Part shown: positions 24,767 through 37,972 of the stretch, in pieces
Position numbering within the stretch: the first letter of the stretch is position 1
How the letters are laid out: every line of letters begins with the position of its first letter
Source of the DNA: Trichosphaerium sp. ATCC 40318
Taxonomy: Eukaryota; Protista; Tubulinea
Direction: 5' to 3'
NCBI GenBank assembly: GCA_038496445.1
Contig: JALMLS010000564.1
Location: forward strand, 446,755-510,754
DNA length: 64,000 nucleotides
Made by a program: the position numbers and the translations under genes
Notes under the pieces: generated by a model
Seen by the model: the letters and a program-made list of their open reading frames with translations, nothing else
Told to the model about the DNA's origin: nothing
Databases searched by the model: none

Positions 24767-27700
24767 TTAGGTTAGGTGCCCATTCAACCAAACGATTGCC
24801 TTTGCTTTTGTTGTTGAACTCCACATAGCTCCTTGATTAACCAAACCAATCAATTGAAGTTTTGAGTATTTCTAAAACGAGAAAAAGTTAAAGACAAAAA
24901 AGTACTTGTTTGTCAACTAAATCGTACATTTGCTTTTTTAATCCATTCTAACATGTCATCATCAGGTAAATAGTACGCTTTGATGTAGTCATCAAGGAAC
25001 TTATAATGAGCTGAGACATCAATTGATATCGACTTTTTTAACTCTAGAGTAAGAGCAGTATAATCAAGAGCCATCACAGCTCGACCTTGTGTGCTGCACT
25101 ATCGGTACAAAGTCAGAACAAGTCAGAAAAAAATAAAATGCTTTTCTACGAGTGATCTTAAAAATACTCATTTTGCACGCACCTTTTTCGCTTTTGACCA
25201 TCCTTCTACTATACTATCACTCGCCATAAACACCATACTATTCAATAATATATTCACAACGTTCTTGGGAAGAGATGTGCCCATAGATTTTAATGACTTT
25301 AACCGTTTTGAAAACTTGGAAATTTTGGTTGTGATTGCTTCAACATAAGGGTTCGCATTTATAGGTATGTCCTCCATATTCCAGTTGCAAGCAATAACTT
25401 GTTGTATCACATCATCACGCTTCATAGATAATAAGAATAAAGAAATAGTACAGCAAAGAACAAAACTTCACATGCCTGAAGCATCGTCGCTGTGAAACCT
25501 TTGTAGATGTGGTCACGGAGTTCTGTGATGATACCAACGCTTTGATCTGAGTGGGGTGGTATTAGTAATACTATATAAAAGGAAATCTATTCATACCATA
25601 GAAGCTCTGAAGATGGGATTTTTGGTTCTTTGATACAAGCACAAAGGAAATAGGGACTTTTAATTGTTCCATCATTCTTTTAACAAATACCAATGATTCA
25701 GCGGCAGTAGCACGATGTTGTACACCAAGTAGTGAGTGCATATTGTTCAAGTCAACCATGGATGTTAATTCTACTGGTGCAATGCGTATACCAGTTTTAG
25801 AGTTTACTTGAATACCAGCGCTACCTGTACAAAGTTAACCTTTCACAATGTGGATCTCTAAAAAAGTGTAATCCAAGACGTACCAACAGAAGCGTTATTA
25901 GAGAGTATCAAGGTGTCTTGTATACGAGATAAAGAGCCGTCAAGTAGCCTAGAGCATCGCACAAAGTTCTTTGGAGGACCAAAGAAGTCAGATACAGTAT
26001 ATAACTTAGTAGTTAAGGATAAACTCTGAGGGTTTTATCAAAAAAAAAAGCACTTTGAAAAAGGTAGGATACGAAAAATTCTAGGACATTTGCAATGCCA
26101 CGTAAGACTTGTAACGATATTGGTTTGAGAATCTTCATCATGGAGCAATACTTGCCCAGAAATCGTGCTACATTTATGGTTGAGGTTGTAATTAGTGGTG
26201 CTTCTTTTACTTCCTAAAGCTTGTCAATTTAAGGTATCATCAAAGGATTGTACTTCATCTCCCTCGTCGACAGACTCGCTCAAACTTGAAGAAGATGTTC
26301 CTACATAGTGTGTCAATCAAGTATTGATGAACTGAAGCTAGCTACATTACCATTTGCGCCATTCTCAGGAGGTAATTCAGCAGAGAAAGGATTACCATTC
26401 TTAATAAAATTATCAAAAAAGCTCAACTTTTCATCAACTGGAGCTGGTAATAGGTGTGTATCCAAAATAAACCTCTTAATCTCAGGTACATCATTAACAC
26501 CAAAACCTGGAGACACAGGACATCCTGCCCACGTTTCATTCTCCAAAATTTGCCGTAAATTCTACAAAACGTCCAAAAATATTAGCACATTTTTTGATTG
26601 TTGGTTGCTGTTGGCAAATGTAAGCGTACTTCCATGGATTTGTGGTGAAAGGATTCATAGTATTTTTTACTATAAATCTTCAATGCATCTTTGAGCTTTG
26701 TTGGCGGCTTCTGAGTAAACTCTTCCCCAACAGCAATAAACTACAGATCAATAAACAATAAACACATAAAGCAGATAAAATATATCTCTTACTGTATTAA
26801 GAAGATCAAGGACTTCCAAGAACTTCTCAAGCTGAAATTGGCTGATATTTCCAGAGGCAACCTTGTATAAAGTAAGACTAAAGATTTCTACGTTCGAGGG
26901 GTTTCCTTTCAACAAGGTAAATAACAACATACCATAATAGACATGCGTTGCTCCATTTCATCCCACAATTGTCCTTTAGATGCCAGCATTGATTTTTTTG
27001 TACTAGCGTAGAACGCTCTTAGGCCTTTATCGACTTTCTCGTCACTTCAAAGTTAAGAACAAAAAAGAAAAAAGGGTAATGATTTTACATCAAAGAATTG
27101 AGAAGGTAGGATACACAGACTCGCTCTCTAGGAATCGTATCATGTTATAATGTCGGTAAATTAACTCTGCGAATTGTTCCATTATAAGTCGTATACAAGA
27201 AGCGTATTGATCTTCCGGTAATCGCCCGGCCAAGCGCTTAAACTTTTTTCTAAAAACGCCTAAGAAAAAAAGTCTGTATTGTGCTTAGATTACCGTTTTA
27301 ATGATTCTGCGTCGTCTGCCAGTTTTGGGTTCATCAGTACATGTGCGTATAATACGTTTTTAGATTGCACACGCACAGCCCTACCAAAATGAAGCATCAT
27401 AAGCTCCACAAGCCTGAAATTCTTTTCTTTTGACTTCACACAATGATACGCCAGTAGAACTTTACGGAACATATCTGCAGTAAAATGATCTGTACACATG
27501 ACAAAGAGCACACTATTTAACTTCGTTTTTACAACCCTATAAAACTTCTACAGGTCGTGTCAGATTTAATAAAAAAATAAAAAGTCTCAAGTAAAGAAAA
27601 TTGATAATTAACTATTGGCGTACGTCTAGGTTCTTTTCGTATCCTTGTATAGCCTTAATCCCACCAGTATTCTGTACTAAATGTTGTGCAGCATGGACGA

Positions 27701-28530
27701 GCTTCACAGCACCGACAAGGTCGCCATTCTGAAGAGTGACACGCAAGTCTTTTTTGAGCACAACAATCTTCTTAATGTCCAATAACACCTTGATTAGGGC
27801 TTTCAAAATTTCTCGTCTTCTGTAGAGTGCAGTAGGTACAATGCCCTCAGATGCTAATAGGGTTTTGGCCGATTTTAAACTATCTCTAGACATTTTGCAA
27901 TCGCGTGTTGTGACGCTTAGGGACAAGCTAATATGCTGTATTTTACGCATTGCCAATACTAACGGAGGATTATGGGCAACTGACAACAAAAGTAAAGTAG
28001 GCGTACCAAAATCGTCATAGCTGTTCATTACTTTATTGGTGAGCTGTGCTGAAACGATGTCAAGGTCCTAAACATTTTTTCAGCAACGCAGATCACTTTT
28101 TTGGGTGTTATGTTTTACATACCGCTTGACGTTCGATACATTTACGTTTTATGTGACCCTCAACGTCATCTTCAGGTAGATTTGCGAAAACGCTAGCAAT
28201 TGGGTCAAAGCCCGCTTCAAAGTAACCTCTTGGTAATCCTGGTAACAGATCTTTGGCAGGTGCCTCAGAAAAATCGTTAGCAAATTATATTTTCCTCTAT
28301 GTTGTGTGATTGTTCTCCATTACACTTACAGACGCCGCCATTTGACTTCGGGACCTCATTGGTCGTGTTTTAGGCATCTTGGTTACAATTTTCTTACTGT
28401 CACTACTTTTAACGCCATTACTTGCTACTTTGTTATCATTGTCGTCAAAAGGATTTTTGGACTCATCAAACGGATTACTGGGCTTCTCGTCATCAAATGG
28501 GTTCCCTTGGGGAACAGAATCATTCTGCAT
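24767..28530 (-). CDS. VPS50: Syndetin / VPS50 (EARP complex subunit)
   Basis: TTSTINVARFLGKYCSMMKILKPISLQV, AAESLVF, SIVEGWSKAKKCSTQGRAVMALDY and DDYIKAYYLP match the VPS50 motif order. Confidence 0.85.
26005..26072 (-). other. U12-type (minor spliceosome) GT-AG intron in VPS50
   Basis: Donor GTATCCTACCTT; branch TATCCTTAAC ends 7 nt before the exon. Removal restores ..VLEFF|LYTVSDFFG... Confidence 0.85.
27045..27114 (-). other. U12-type (minor spliceosome) GT-AG intron in VPS50
   Basis: Donor GTATCCTACCTT; branch GTTCTTAAC ends 7 nt before the exon. Removal restores ..LESESV|DEKVDK... Confidence 0.78.
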
Positions 28531-28721
28531 TTTTGTCAGAGCGAAAGCCGCTTTGACGTTTCGGTTACAACCCAAATTCTGGCAAAGACATATTCCTAAT
28601 GTCAACTTCTACAGTCACAATTTTTCAACTAATCTTGCAATAAAAAAATTGGTCATTAATTTAATTTTTTATACACGACGTCAAGAGCGACAGATGAGAT
28701 TACAGTATTATGGCGAAATCA

Positions 28722-29669
28722 TCAACAGCAAGTTTTCTTGGGTGGCTCCAGTTCTTCAACAGGAGCTTTCTGACAAATTGTTAAGTAAAGTTTATGTGCA
28801 TTTGTTACCTCGTCTGCAAGGCTTATACCACGTTCCCTACCGGGCCCATGTCGCTGTGCTAGAATAACATCTTTGCTAATTAGCGTGTGACGTTTTATCA
28901 CGTGGGTACCGTGTGCTAATTCTTCCATTACTTCATCTATATTTGTATTTTCTTTACATGATGTTGTCAAAAAATTAATGCCTAGTTCCTCAGCTAGGGC
29001 GGCACCCTGCTCGAATAACTCTTTGTAGCCATCAATAACATCAATTTTGTTAGCTAAGATACTCAATCAACAGAGTAGGGAACTTGGTTATTGTACCAAT
29101 GAGAAGGATTGGGATATTGGGATCATCTACCTTTAGTTTTAGGTCTGCTATCCACTTCTTTACGTTAAAAAACGTTTGTTGTCTCGTAATATCGAATACG
29201 ACAATAGCTCCTACAGAACCCCTGTAGTACAGTCTTGTCATTGAAGAAAATCGCTCTTGACCAGCCACTAGCTGATTTGTGAGCTACAAATTGTATCCCT
29301 AGTGAGTACTCACCATCCCACAGTTGAAGCGTTACAGTCTTGCCCTTAACAGTTACCACCTTAGATGCCAAGTCAACGCCTACAATGGTCAGTACAGCTA
29401 TAAAAATTTAAATCACGTACCAACAGTTGCTGTGTAACTGTCATCGTACTTTCCCTAACGGAATGTTAGTGACCTGGTATGTCACGTGTTCTATTTTTTT
29501 TTTTGTTTCTTACGTATATTAGGCGTTGAATCAACGCAGTCTTTCCACAACCGACGTCACCAATTACAATTACTACCAAAAGCATGATTTTCGAAACACT
29601 ACACTATTACATACCCTTAATAATATCAGTGTCTTCGGTACCGTAGTTGTTTGCGTTTGTGGCACTCAT
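28722..29669 (-). CDS. Rab GTPase, Rab32/38/29-like
   Basis: GDVGCGKT, YTATVGVDLASKV, WDVAGQERFSSMTRLYYRG, ANKID, TSCK and C-terminal CC prenylation motif. Confidence 0.9.
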
Positions 29670-29751
29670 TGTGGGTCAACGACAGAGCAACACTTTGCTG
29701 TATGTGAAGTATTTTGACTGGAGTAAATCGAGAGTTTACACCAGCTTCACA

Positions 29752-30897
29752 ATGAGACTCGTGACCTTTTGCAAAGGAGATAAAGTACTAAGAGTGGGTG
29801 CCCTACGCAACGAGAAGAAAGATGTAGTCGATTTATCATCAACGTGGTCCAGCATGCGCTCGTTTATCACAGAAGGCACGTTAAACGCTGTTTGTTTGAA
29901 ACGCCAACTGAAAAATTTTTGTAGGCGAACCAGCACTGGAAGCAGCCTCTAAGATGGTAAAGGAAGCCACTGATACCCACGCACTTGCTGATGTTGTGAT
30001 TAAAGCCCCAATTTACGACCCTGAAAAAATTGTGAGTTTTGAAATGTCACGCGAAAAATGACTTCTAACAATCACACAGGTATGTATTGGCCTAAACTAC
30101 AAAGATCACGCAGCAGAAAGCGGCATGACAATTCCAGAAACACCTGTATTCTTTGCTAAATATCCACCAAGTATTATTGGTCCTAACGAAACAATAATAC
30201 TCCCTCCTGTACAACTTAGAGCTTTCTATTTTTTGTTCTTTTTACTAACAGTAACCAGGAAAGTAAGGAGGTAGACTACGAAGTAGAGATGGTTATTGTT
30301 ATTGGTAAGAAGGGTAGAAGAATCAAGAAGGAAGACGCCATGAACCACGTGCTTGGATACACAGGTATCACGTTTGGTAATAGTTTCTTGTTACCTCACT
30401 GACCTTTTTAGTCGGGCACGACGTTTCTGCACGTGACCTACAGTTGGGTGGGGCGAAGCAATGGGTTAAAGGAAAGTGCTGGGAGACATTCGCACCAATT
30501 GGACCTGCGATTGTAACAAAGGATCTAATACCAGACATTCATAAATGTCGTATTTGGTGTAGCCTTAATGGTAAGATGATGCAAGACTCAAACACGGACC
30601 AACTAGCATTTAACGTCCCAGAACTGGTACTCCACAGCAAAAACATTACTAAGTGTTAACATTACCAAGGTCTCATACTTGTCCGGTGTAATGACGTTGA
30701 CTCCTGGAGATCTTATTTTCACAGGTACAATTTTCGCGTACTGAAACGTTATAAAACGTGATTTTTACTTAGGAACGCCGCCTGGTGTTGGTTTTGCGCG
30801 TAAGCCTCCTGTTTTCTTGAAAGAGGGCGACAGCGTTACTGTTGGTATTGAAGGTTTGGGTGAATTAACGAACAACGTTAAGGACGAACAATTGTAA
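29752..30897 (+). CDS. FAHD2: Fumarylacetoacetate hydrolase family protein, FAHD2-like (7 exons)
   Basis: [57 protein letters not shown]. Confidence 0.88.
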
Positions 30898-31033
30898 CGC
30901 GAGTTCAGAAAATGATTGTAATGAATGATGTGCTAGAGCGTTATTACGCACGTTAAAAAACGTGAAAAATTGTTTAAGTCTACTATTCAGTTTTAGTTTA
31001 CTCAATACCATTTAAACACCTCCGCAAACTAAA

Positions 31034-32382
31034 ATGAGCAACCAACTTGATGCATTGAAGGCTTTGACAACTGTTGTCGCCGACTCAGGTGATTTCGAGT
31101 CATTTAAAGACTTGAAGCCTCAAGATGCTACCACCAATCCATCCGTGCGTATAGACAGCAATTTATCTGTTTTCGGAAGTAGAGCTCACCTCAATTTTCT
31201 CCGTAACCTTACACGTACGCTTTAGCTCATTTTCAAAGCTGCCGCACAACCTGAATACCAAGCGCTCTTCGATAAGGCACTCGACACAGCTCGTGCTCAA
31301 AGCAAAGACTTGGAGGAGCAAGTAAAGATTTCACTCGATCAACTCGCTGTCAACTTCGGCGTTGAGATCCTAAAAATCATTCCTGGTCGCGTCAGCACTG
31401 AAATTGATGCTCGTCTTTCCTACAACACTCAAGGAAGCATTGATAAGGCTATGCAACTCTTCAAGATGTACGAAGGTACGCAATAATGAGTAACAGGACA
31501 GTTTGGTCTTAAATTCTCTAGCCGCTGGTGTAGACCCTAAGAAACGTGTTTTGTTCAAACTAGCCAGTACTTGGGAAGGTATCAAAGCCGCTGAGCACCT
31601 TGAGAAGCAGGTACAAACTTGGAAACATTATTTTTTATTTTGTTACATTTTGGTTATTTTCCTTACGCAGTACAGGGCATTCATACAAACATGACCCTCA
31701 TGTTCGGTTTCTGCCAAGCTGTTGCCTCCGCTGAAGTTGGCGCCACTTTGGTCAGCCCATTCGTAGGAAGGATCTTAGGTGCGTGTTACAATTAGTAGAT
31801 GTTTTCGCTCCTTGCGGACAAAGTACTATGTATTGAAAAAAACATCCGTTTGACTTACTTACTGCATTACTCACGCCTATCATAGATTTCTGGAAGAAGG
31901 AAACTGGTAAGACTTACACCGCTGAAGAGGATCCAGGTGTCTTATCCGTAAGATCAATCTACAACTACTACAAGAAATACGGCTACAAAACAATTGGTGC
32001 GAATTTTTTTTTTTCTATGTTGTTTACAATTTCTTGTAGTTATGGGTGCCTCTTTCAGATCTAAGGAAGAAATCCTCGCTCTTGCTGGCTGTGACTACCT
32101 CACAATTGGTACTGTGCACAGTCTGTACATCAATCTAATAATTTATTAGCACCAAAATGGTTGAAGGCTATGGCCGAGTGCACTGAGCCTGTCCCAAGAC
32201 ATTTGAGCGTTGAGGAAGCCAAAAAGACATCAGTTGAGAAAATGACATTTGATGAAGCTTCTTTCCGTTGGGCTCTTGGTGAGGACGCTTGCGCTACCAC
32301 CAAGCTTGCTGAAGGTATCCGTAACTTCGCTAAAGACACTGTAAAACTTGAAGCCATCATCAGAGAGCGCCTTCAAAAGTAA
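31034..32382 (+). CDS. TALDO1: Transaldolase
   Basis: [62 protein letters not shown]. Confidence 0.97.
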
Positions 32383-33112
32383 ATTGTTGTTATAAACAGG
32401 TAATAAACTGGTTACAGTTAAAATCACTGCACGTTTGTTTATTTCTCACGGGGTAACTACGCTAAAGCTAATTCAATAGTTGGCGTATATTAAGTCTACA
32501 GCGTTTAGAGTATAGTTTATACTTGCGTAGGGTTGTCAGAAACCGAATTCTCGCCAGCTGTCTTAGGTTTTTTACAACTTTCGCAACAAAATGTAGACAA
32601 TGTAATAGAGCTTTTTTATTGGACCAAACCAATATTATCAAGTATCAGTAAGTATAAGCACGTTTTTCTGACATTTGTGTACATTTTTTACTTTTCTTGA
32701 CGCTCTAGAGTAGAATCAAAAACTGCCAAAACACTCCTTACTGGTTAACAACGCGCCATATACACGTACCATATCATCAAATAGAAAATCAAATTTGTAA
32801 AGAAAGGGCAATTCGCCAAAACACGCCACAAAAGTTCTATTTATGTTTTAAATGCCTTTTCAAGCGTTATTTTTGATAGTCCGGCGCTATAAAGATTTGT
32901 AACATTTGACGCCTCAGTACTTACATCCTAGGTGTAGATAACGGACCACAGTGTACAGTAAACATAAAACAAGAATAAAGTGTGCGGTGTAAGGCATCTT
33001 AAGCATCACCGAGTTTATTGGTAAGTCAGAAAACAAGATAATCTCGGAGTCACCTCACAGCAATACTTCAATCTAGTTAAGCACATAGCATAAAAAAAAA
33101 TACCTGACACTC

Positions 33113-35086
33113 ATGGTACCCGCTACAGCTCCTCCGCCAGAAGCGCCAATGGACATAGGGCCTATTGTAGAGCTTCTAAAAGATTCAGACCCGGATGTTG
33201 TAATAGAGGGTCTACGTGAGATGAAAAGCCTGTATCACTCGTCCAGTACGTCTATGCAGTCCAAAGGACTAAAAAGTAAAAAAAAACCTTCTAAACGGCT
33301 AGTGACACTTGCCGAAAATTAGTTCACACGCACAAGTATAAAAGCGCTAAAGTATCTGTAGCTAGGTATCGTACTCTAATTCTACAAGGCAATTTAAAAA
33401 CCTTGGTCGTGCGGCATGCTTATAGCGTTCATGAAGACTTGGTGGCAAGTGCAGTGGGTGTATTGTGGAACTTTTCTGCTTGGGAGGAAAATAAAGGTTC
33501 GGCAGTAATGACTATTTGCAGTATCTTTCCTGTACCATTGTAACCATATTCCAGAGGCGTTGGTAGATGCTGGCGCTATACCTGCTGCGTTGAGGTACGC
33601 AAGTAGATGATACTACAAAACTCTGACCAATGGTAGAATCATTGGTGCGGAACACAATTATAATGACGAACATATAATGCAAGGTGCTGTGGCCATTCTT
33701 TCTAATCTATCCGAGTATCGGTTTGACTCAGGTGTGTTTGTTATTTGAATCTTTACCAACAAGCTTTTGTATTGCGTCTAATAAGAAAATTAGGTGCTTA
33801 CAACCAGAGACAAAAAAAAGTGCTAAAGCACAAGCCCTTACGCGTTCTTCAAACTGTGCTAGGAGCACGTAATCGCAAGAGTAGCACAGAATTTTTGTTG
33901 TGTCTTACAACAGTAAATCTACTCGCATCTCGTACGTTCCTGTGTTCTAACAATTATGTCAAAAAAAAAAAGTCCGAAAAAACCAACCTGATGTAGGCAA
34001 CACCATAAGGCGACGTACAGAAAAAAGATGTCTTGATAATGTAGAAAAGTTTAGAAAGAAGATGGAAGCCAATGGGGTGAGTCGAGCGTCAAGATTAATA
34101 ATCTTCCAATTTGTTGTTGTTTTTAGCTAATGTCCTCTTTCTCGAATAGGCTGGAGAACGTATTAGTTATAGTTGGGTACAAATAAATTTACTAATGGTT
34201 TCAGCTTCAAGAAAATGCCTAACATATTTTTGTAGATTACGTACATGCCCATGGTAGCATTACTGCATTCTAAAATTGTTGAAGTAATAAGATTTGGATT
34301 ATGCTCACTCGCATGGAATTTACGTACGTCCACGAGTAGTAACCTTTTTTGTAAAATGCTGACTTTATCGTCATAGAGGAGAGTCAAGCGTTTGAACGCA
34401 AAGTACATAAAAGTGTGGCACTTACGGGCTCATGGCAAAAGTTCTGTTCCCTTGCTAAGTGTGAAGATAAAATAATCAGCACTAAAGCTGCTGAGATTCT
34501 GAAGAGGTTTCATGGTACGTGTTTAGCGTTATTGCTACCTTACCAGCATGCAATCGTTCTGACGCATTGTAGTTAATGAATCCGTGCTACCATCGCCCGT
34601 AAATCACTTGGCTGTAGACATGGGCGGTCTACTTTGTAGCGACACTTTGGGTACTTCAGATCAAATGGTAAATTTGTTGGTTGATGGCAGTTCCATTCCT
34701 GTACACAAGGCGATCTTATGGGCGAGGTGCGGAACAGAGTATCTGCATCAACAAGACACTAACTTCCACTTATGTAGAGTGCCTCAGTTCCGCAGTGACA
34801 TACGTATACTATCCAGTGAAATTACCTTATCGCCTGATGTGTCTGCCACTGCAGCAGCTGCTGTTGTTCGCTATTTGTACACTAATGACATCCAGCTTAC
34901 ATGTTCGAATTTTAAAGACATTAGAGGTACGGCAATTGCCTGTTTTCGCTTGTGATGACCATCGTAGTTGCTGCTAAATGGTTTGACTTGAAAGGATTGG
35001 AGCGAGAGTGTGTTAACTGGCGCAAGCAATGTAAGAGTGTTTCTCAGTGTATGAGTGTAAATTTTGATGGTGTGTACCTCAAATAA
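33113..35086 (+). CDS. Armadillo-repeat + BTB/POZ domain protein
   Basis: ARM motifs (AVGVLWNFS, LVDAGAIPAAL, CCGHSF); BTB (SDQMVNLLVDGSSIPVHKAILWAR...VVRYLYTNDI). The 3' end is approximate. Confidence 0.75.
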
Positions 35087-35253
35087 TCCTAAAAGTGTTG
35101 TAATATGATTATATTTTATGTATACCAGCGTCTTTCACTGTTGTTTTGTTTGTTGGGCAAAGTTCAAGTCAAACTCAAACAAGTCATCGAAATTCAATTT
35201 TTTTCGTATTTTATCTTTAGCCTAACGTAACGGCCTTTTTTTATACCCACAAG

Positions 35254-36431
35254 ATGGGAAGCACGGAGAGCAAACCTACAGCAACCCCCACAGGTTCTCA
35301 CTTGCTTATTCAGCGAAAATAACTAGATGGTAGAGGGAGATGTATCAAACAAGGCTACAACGCAATTACACGTTACTGACATGCTAAAAACGACCAAATA
35401 TGAAATGAAGTATTTAGAAAACAATCCAAAGCCTACTGTTGTCAATATACCTCCAGAGGGTGCCTTTCTAATCGAGGGTTTGCTTGCTCCAGGTATAGTC
35501 AACGGATAAAAAACTCTACACCTCAATAACTGTATTTATAGAAGAGTGTGCTCAATACATAGAAATGGCTGAAGAGATGGGTTTCGAGGTGCACTAATAA
35601 CACGTGATTGGTAATTTCTTACGTGTTTTAGCCTTCTCCATTACGCAACTTGGGCACCCTGAATAGCGATGTTGCAACTAGAAATGCTGTAACAATGTCA
35701 ATCCGTAACAGTGAGAGGGTAATGCTAGATATCCCTGACTACATAGGTCACGAGCTTGTAAAGCGATTGTACGATGTACGACTATTTGTTCATTCGCAAT
35801 TTATTCCGTTATGCGTCATATTTGCATTAGATGCTTCCTCCAGTGCTGGAGTGCGAAGGAGACTCATGGGAACGCGTTGCATTAGGTGAAGGTATGGCAG
35901 GAGGGTGCTTAAATAAAAGATGGCGATTTGGAAGATACAAACAAGGCAATTACTTCAAACCTCATTTTGACGCTGGATACGTTGTATGTTATTCTAGTAT
36001 TGCTTCCAAACCACTGTGTACAGTTGCTAACAAATGAGATACAGTACAGCAAAGACGAAAAAACAATCTTGACATTTATTTTGTACTTGAATGATGGATT
36101 TACAGTACGTTGGACACCCTGGTAAATTACACTGAATTCTAATCCTCTAAGGGTGGTGAAACTATTTTTTTCCCTGGAAACCAGAAAAGTACATGGGAAC
36201 CAGGAGTTGAACATAAGGTTGTCCCGAAAGCTGGTAAGCACATTTAGCCAAAAATAAGTGAAATGACATTTTAGACATTTCATTTTGACACTTGACACTT
36301 TAGGAATGGCGTTATGTTTTTTTCAAGCAGGCAAACTTAATCATCGCCACGAAGGTGCCACGTTGACTGATCCTAAAAAATTCAAGTATATACTAAGATC
36401 AGATGTTGCGTATAAAAAGCAGAAGCAGTAG
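35254..36431 (+). CDS. 2OG-Fe(II) oxygenase (prolyl-4-hydroxylase-like) with possible N-myristoylation
   Basis: MGSTES start; RFGRY...YFKPHFD, LTFILYLNDGF.GGET, HRHEG, KYILRSDV (HxD...H...K/R). Confidence 0.85.
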
Positions 36432-36811
36432 AAAAAACAACCTTGTAGATAACGACCTGAAAAATAAAAAAGTTGAAAGTAAGTTTTCTTTAACTAGTTT
36501 GTTTTATCTATCTAACAAGCACACGTGTTTCTTTACTTTTTGATGTACATCATGATGGCCTTGTTTTCCAGGCCAGTATGAAAATGATGAAGAAAAGGTG
36601 TTTGCAAAGCACTTGAAGAACCAGTACAAAATAAAAAAAGAAAAGGTTCATCATGGTTTTTTTTTTTCAGACTTTCTGTGTTTAGGGTGGCGTAAACATT
36701 AAGTTGCTAGTGAAAGTAAATAAAGTAGGCACAGTCAACTAGAATTACATGGTTTATTTACAAGGTTTTTTTGTTGTTGGATTTCTGTTCCTTGGCGCCC
36801 ATCACATCATT

Positions 36812-37780
36812 CTAATAATGAGTCGAATACCTTGTGGAGGCATTGGGATCAAAGATTTCTTGATACAATCCATCTAAGGATCCCAAGTCCTCCGAGTAAG
36901 AATCTGGCGTACCTACTTCTTCCTCAACCTTGTGCGCGTTGAAAATCAATTCTCGTACAGCATCACCTTGGTCACCTCTCAGAAAAGTGCTAACTACTTT
37001 ACGCATTTTAACAGGACGAGAGGACACCGGGAGACGTTGATACGCCGCGAGTAAATTGGAAAAAGCAGACTCAAAAGAGTCAAAAGGCGTACTGCTAGAA
37101 GAATGGCTAGTAGCGGATTCAGGTGTATTTGGTGCGGTAGGAAAATCGCCCAAGGCAAACGAATTCAAATCAGGAAAATCTGCGAAGTAAGAAGAACTGC
37201 TAGTACTTGTGGTGGGCGTCTGCGTTGTTGGAGGTTTCTCTAATACTCTAGTGAGGAGTTGGGATTGGGAGTTTAACTGTTCTCTTATTTGTTGCAGTGC
37301 GTCAAAAATGTCTTCTCCGCGGGCACGTTTTAAGCCTCGCTGTGGTTTTGGCGTTGTTGCGGATATCTCTAGTTTTCGTCTTCTGATGACTTGTTGTTTA
37401 GATACGCTTTTAATAGGGCAAGTAGTGGTAGAAGTGGATGCGCCACTTGGGTCTGTGCATGTAACTCGTATTACGAAGTTGGTTTTGAACTGAGATGACA
37501 ATACGTTCAATTTAACGTTAACTATAGCTTCAGTGCGATCGTTTGTCAGCCTGGATGTGTATTGAAGTGGATTAGAGACCAACGGTATTTCGCGTAGATT
37601 TTCGTCGAATAGCTCAAGGTTTAGCGTCGAATGCGCCATACTTAACAAAGGCACAAAACAAACGTTTACAGAGAAAGCCGTATTTCGGACAACGTAAACT
37701 AATCGCTCCGACACGCCGTTCTTTGCGTATGTTTCAGTGTGGGGTGCGTGGTATGCTTTAATTTGTAGAGAAGGTGTCAT
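36812..37780 (-). CDS. CudA-like transcription factor (intronless, 322 aa)
   Basis: VYVVRNTAF...VKLNVLSSQ...F.IRV...PIKSVSK core followed by basic, coiled and Ser-rich segments, as in the amoebozoan CudA family. Confidence 0.7.
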   Translation of the reverse strand: MTPSLQIKAYHAPHTETYAKNGVSERLVYVVRNTAFSVNVCFVPLLSMAHSTLNLELFDENLREIPLVSNPLQYTSRLTNDRTEAIVNVKLNVLSSQFKTNFVIRVTCTDPSGASTSTTTCPIKSVSKQQVIRRRKLEISATTPKPQRGLKRARGEDIFDALQQIREQLNSQSQLLTRVLEKPPTTQTPTTSTSSSSYFADFPDLNSFALGDFPTAPNTPESATSHSSSSTPFDSFESAFSNLLAAYQRLPVSSRPVKMRKVVSTFLRGDQGDAVRELIFNAHKVEEEVGTPDSYSEDLGSLDGLYQEIFDPNASTRYSTHY

Positions 37781-37972
37781 GCTTGTGTAACTTATTGTTA
37801 TTTGAAAGTCAACGGCAGTACGCTGGAGTCAGTTTTTCATTGAAACTAACGAAAAATGTTATAAATTTCATAAAAATTTCGGACATTTCGTTGAAAGTTT
37901 TTACGCCAACTTGTAATTTTATTTCGACTTCTTGTTTTGTACTTATTACTTGTCTGGTAGAGAGTACACCTA

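Noticed and set aside
32400-33100. Intergenic stretch as a possible snRNA/tRNA locus (e.g. GCCTTTT near 32855)
   Set aside because: No complete U5 loop, Sm site or tRNA cloverleaf was recognisable. No RNA gene could be supported here or elsewhere in the window by eye.
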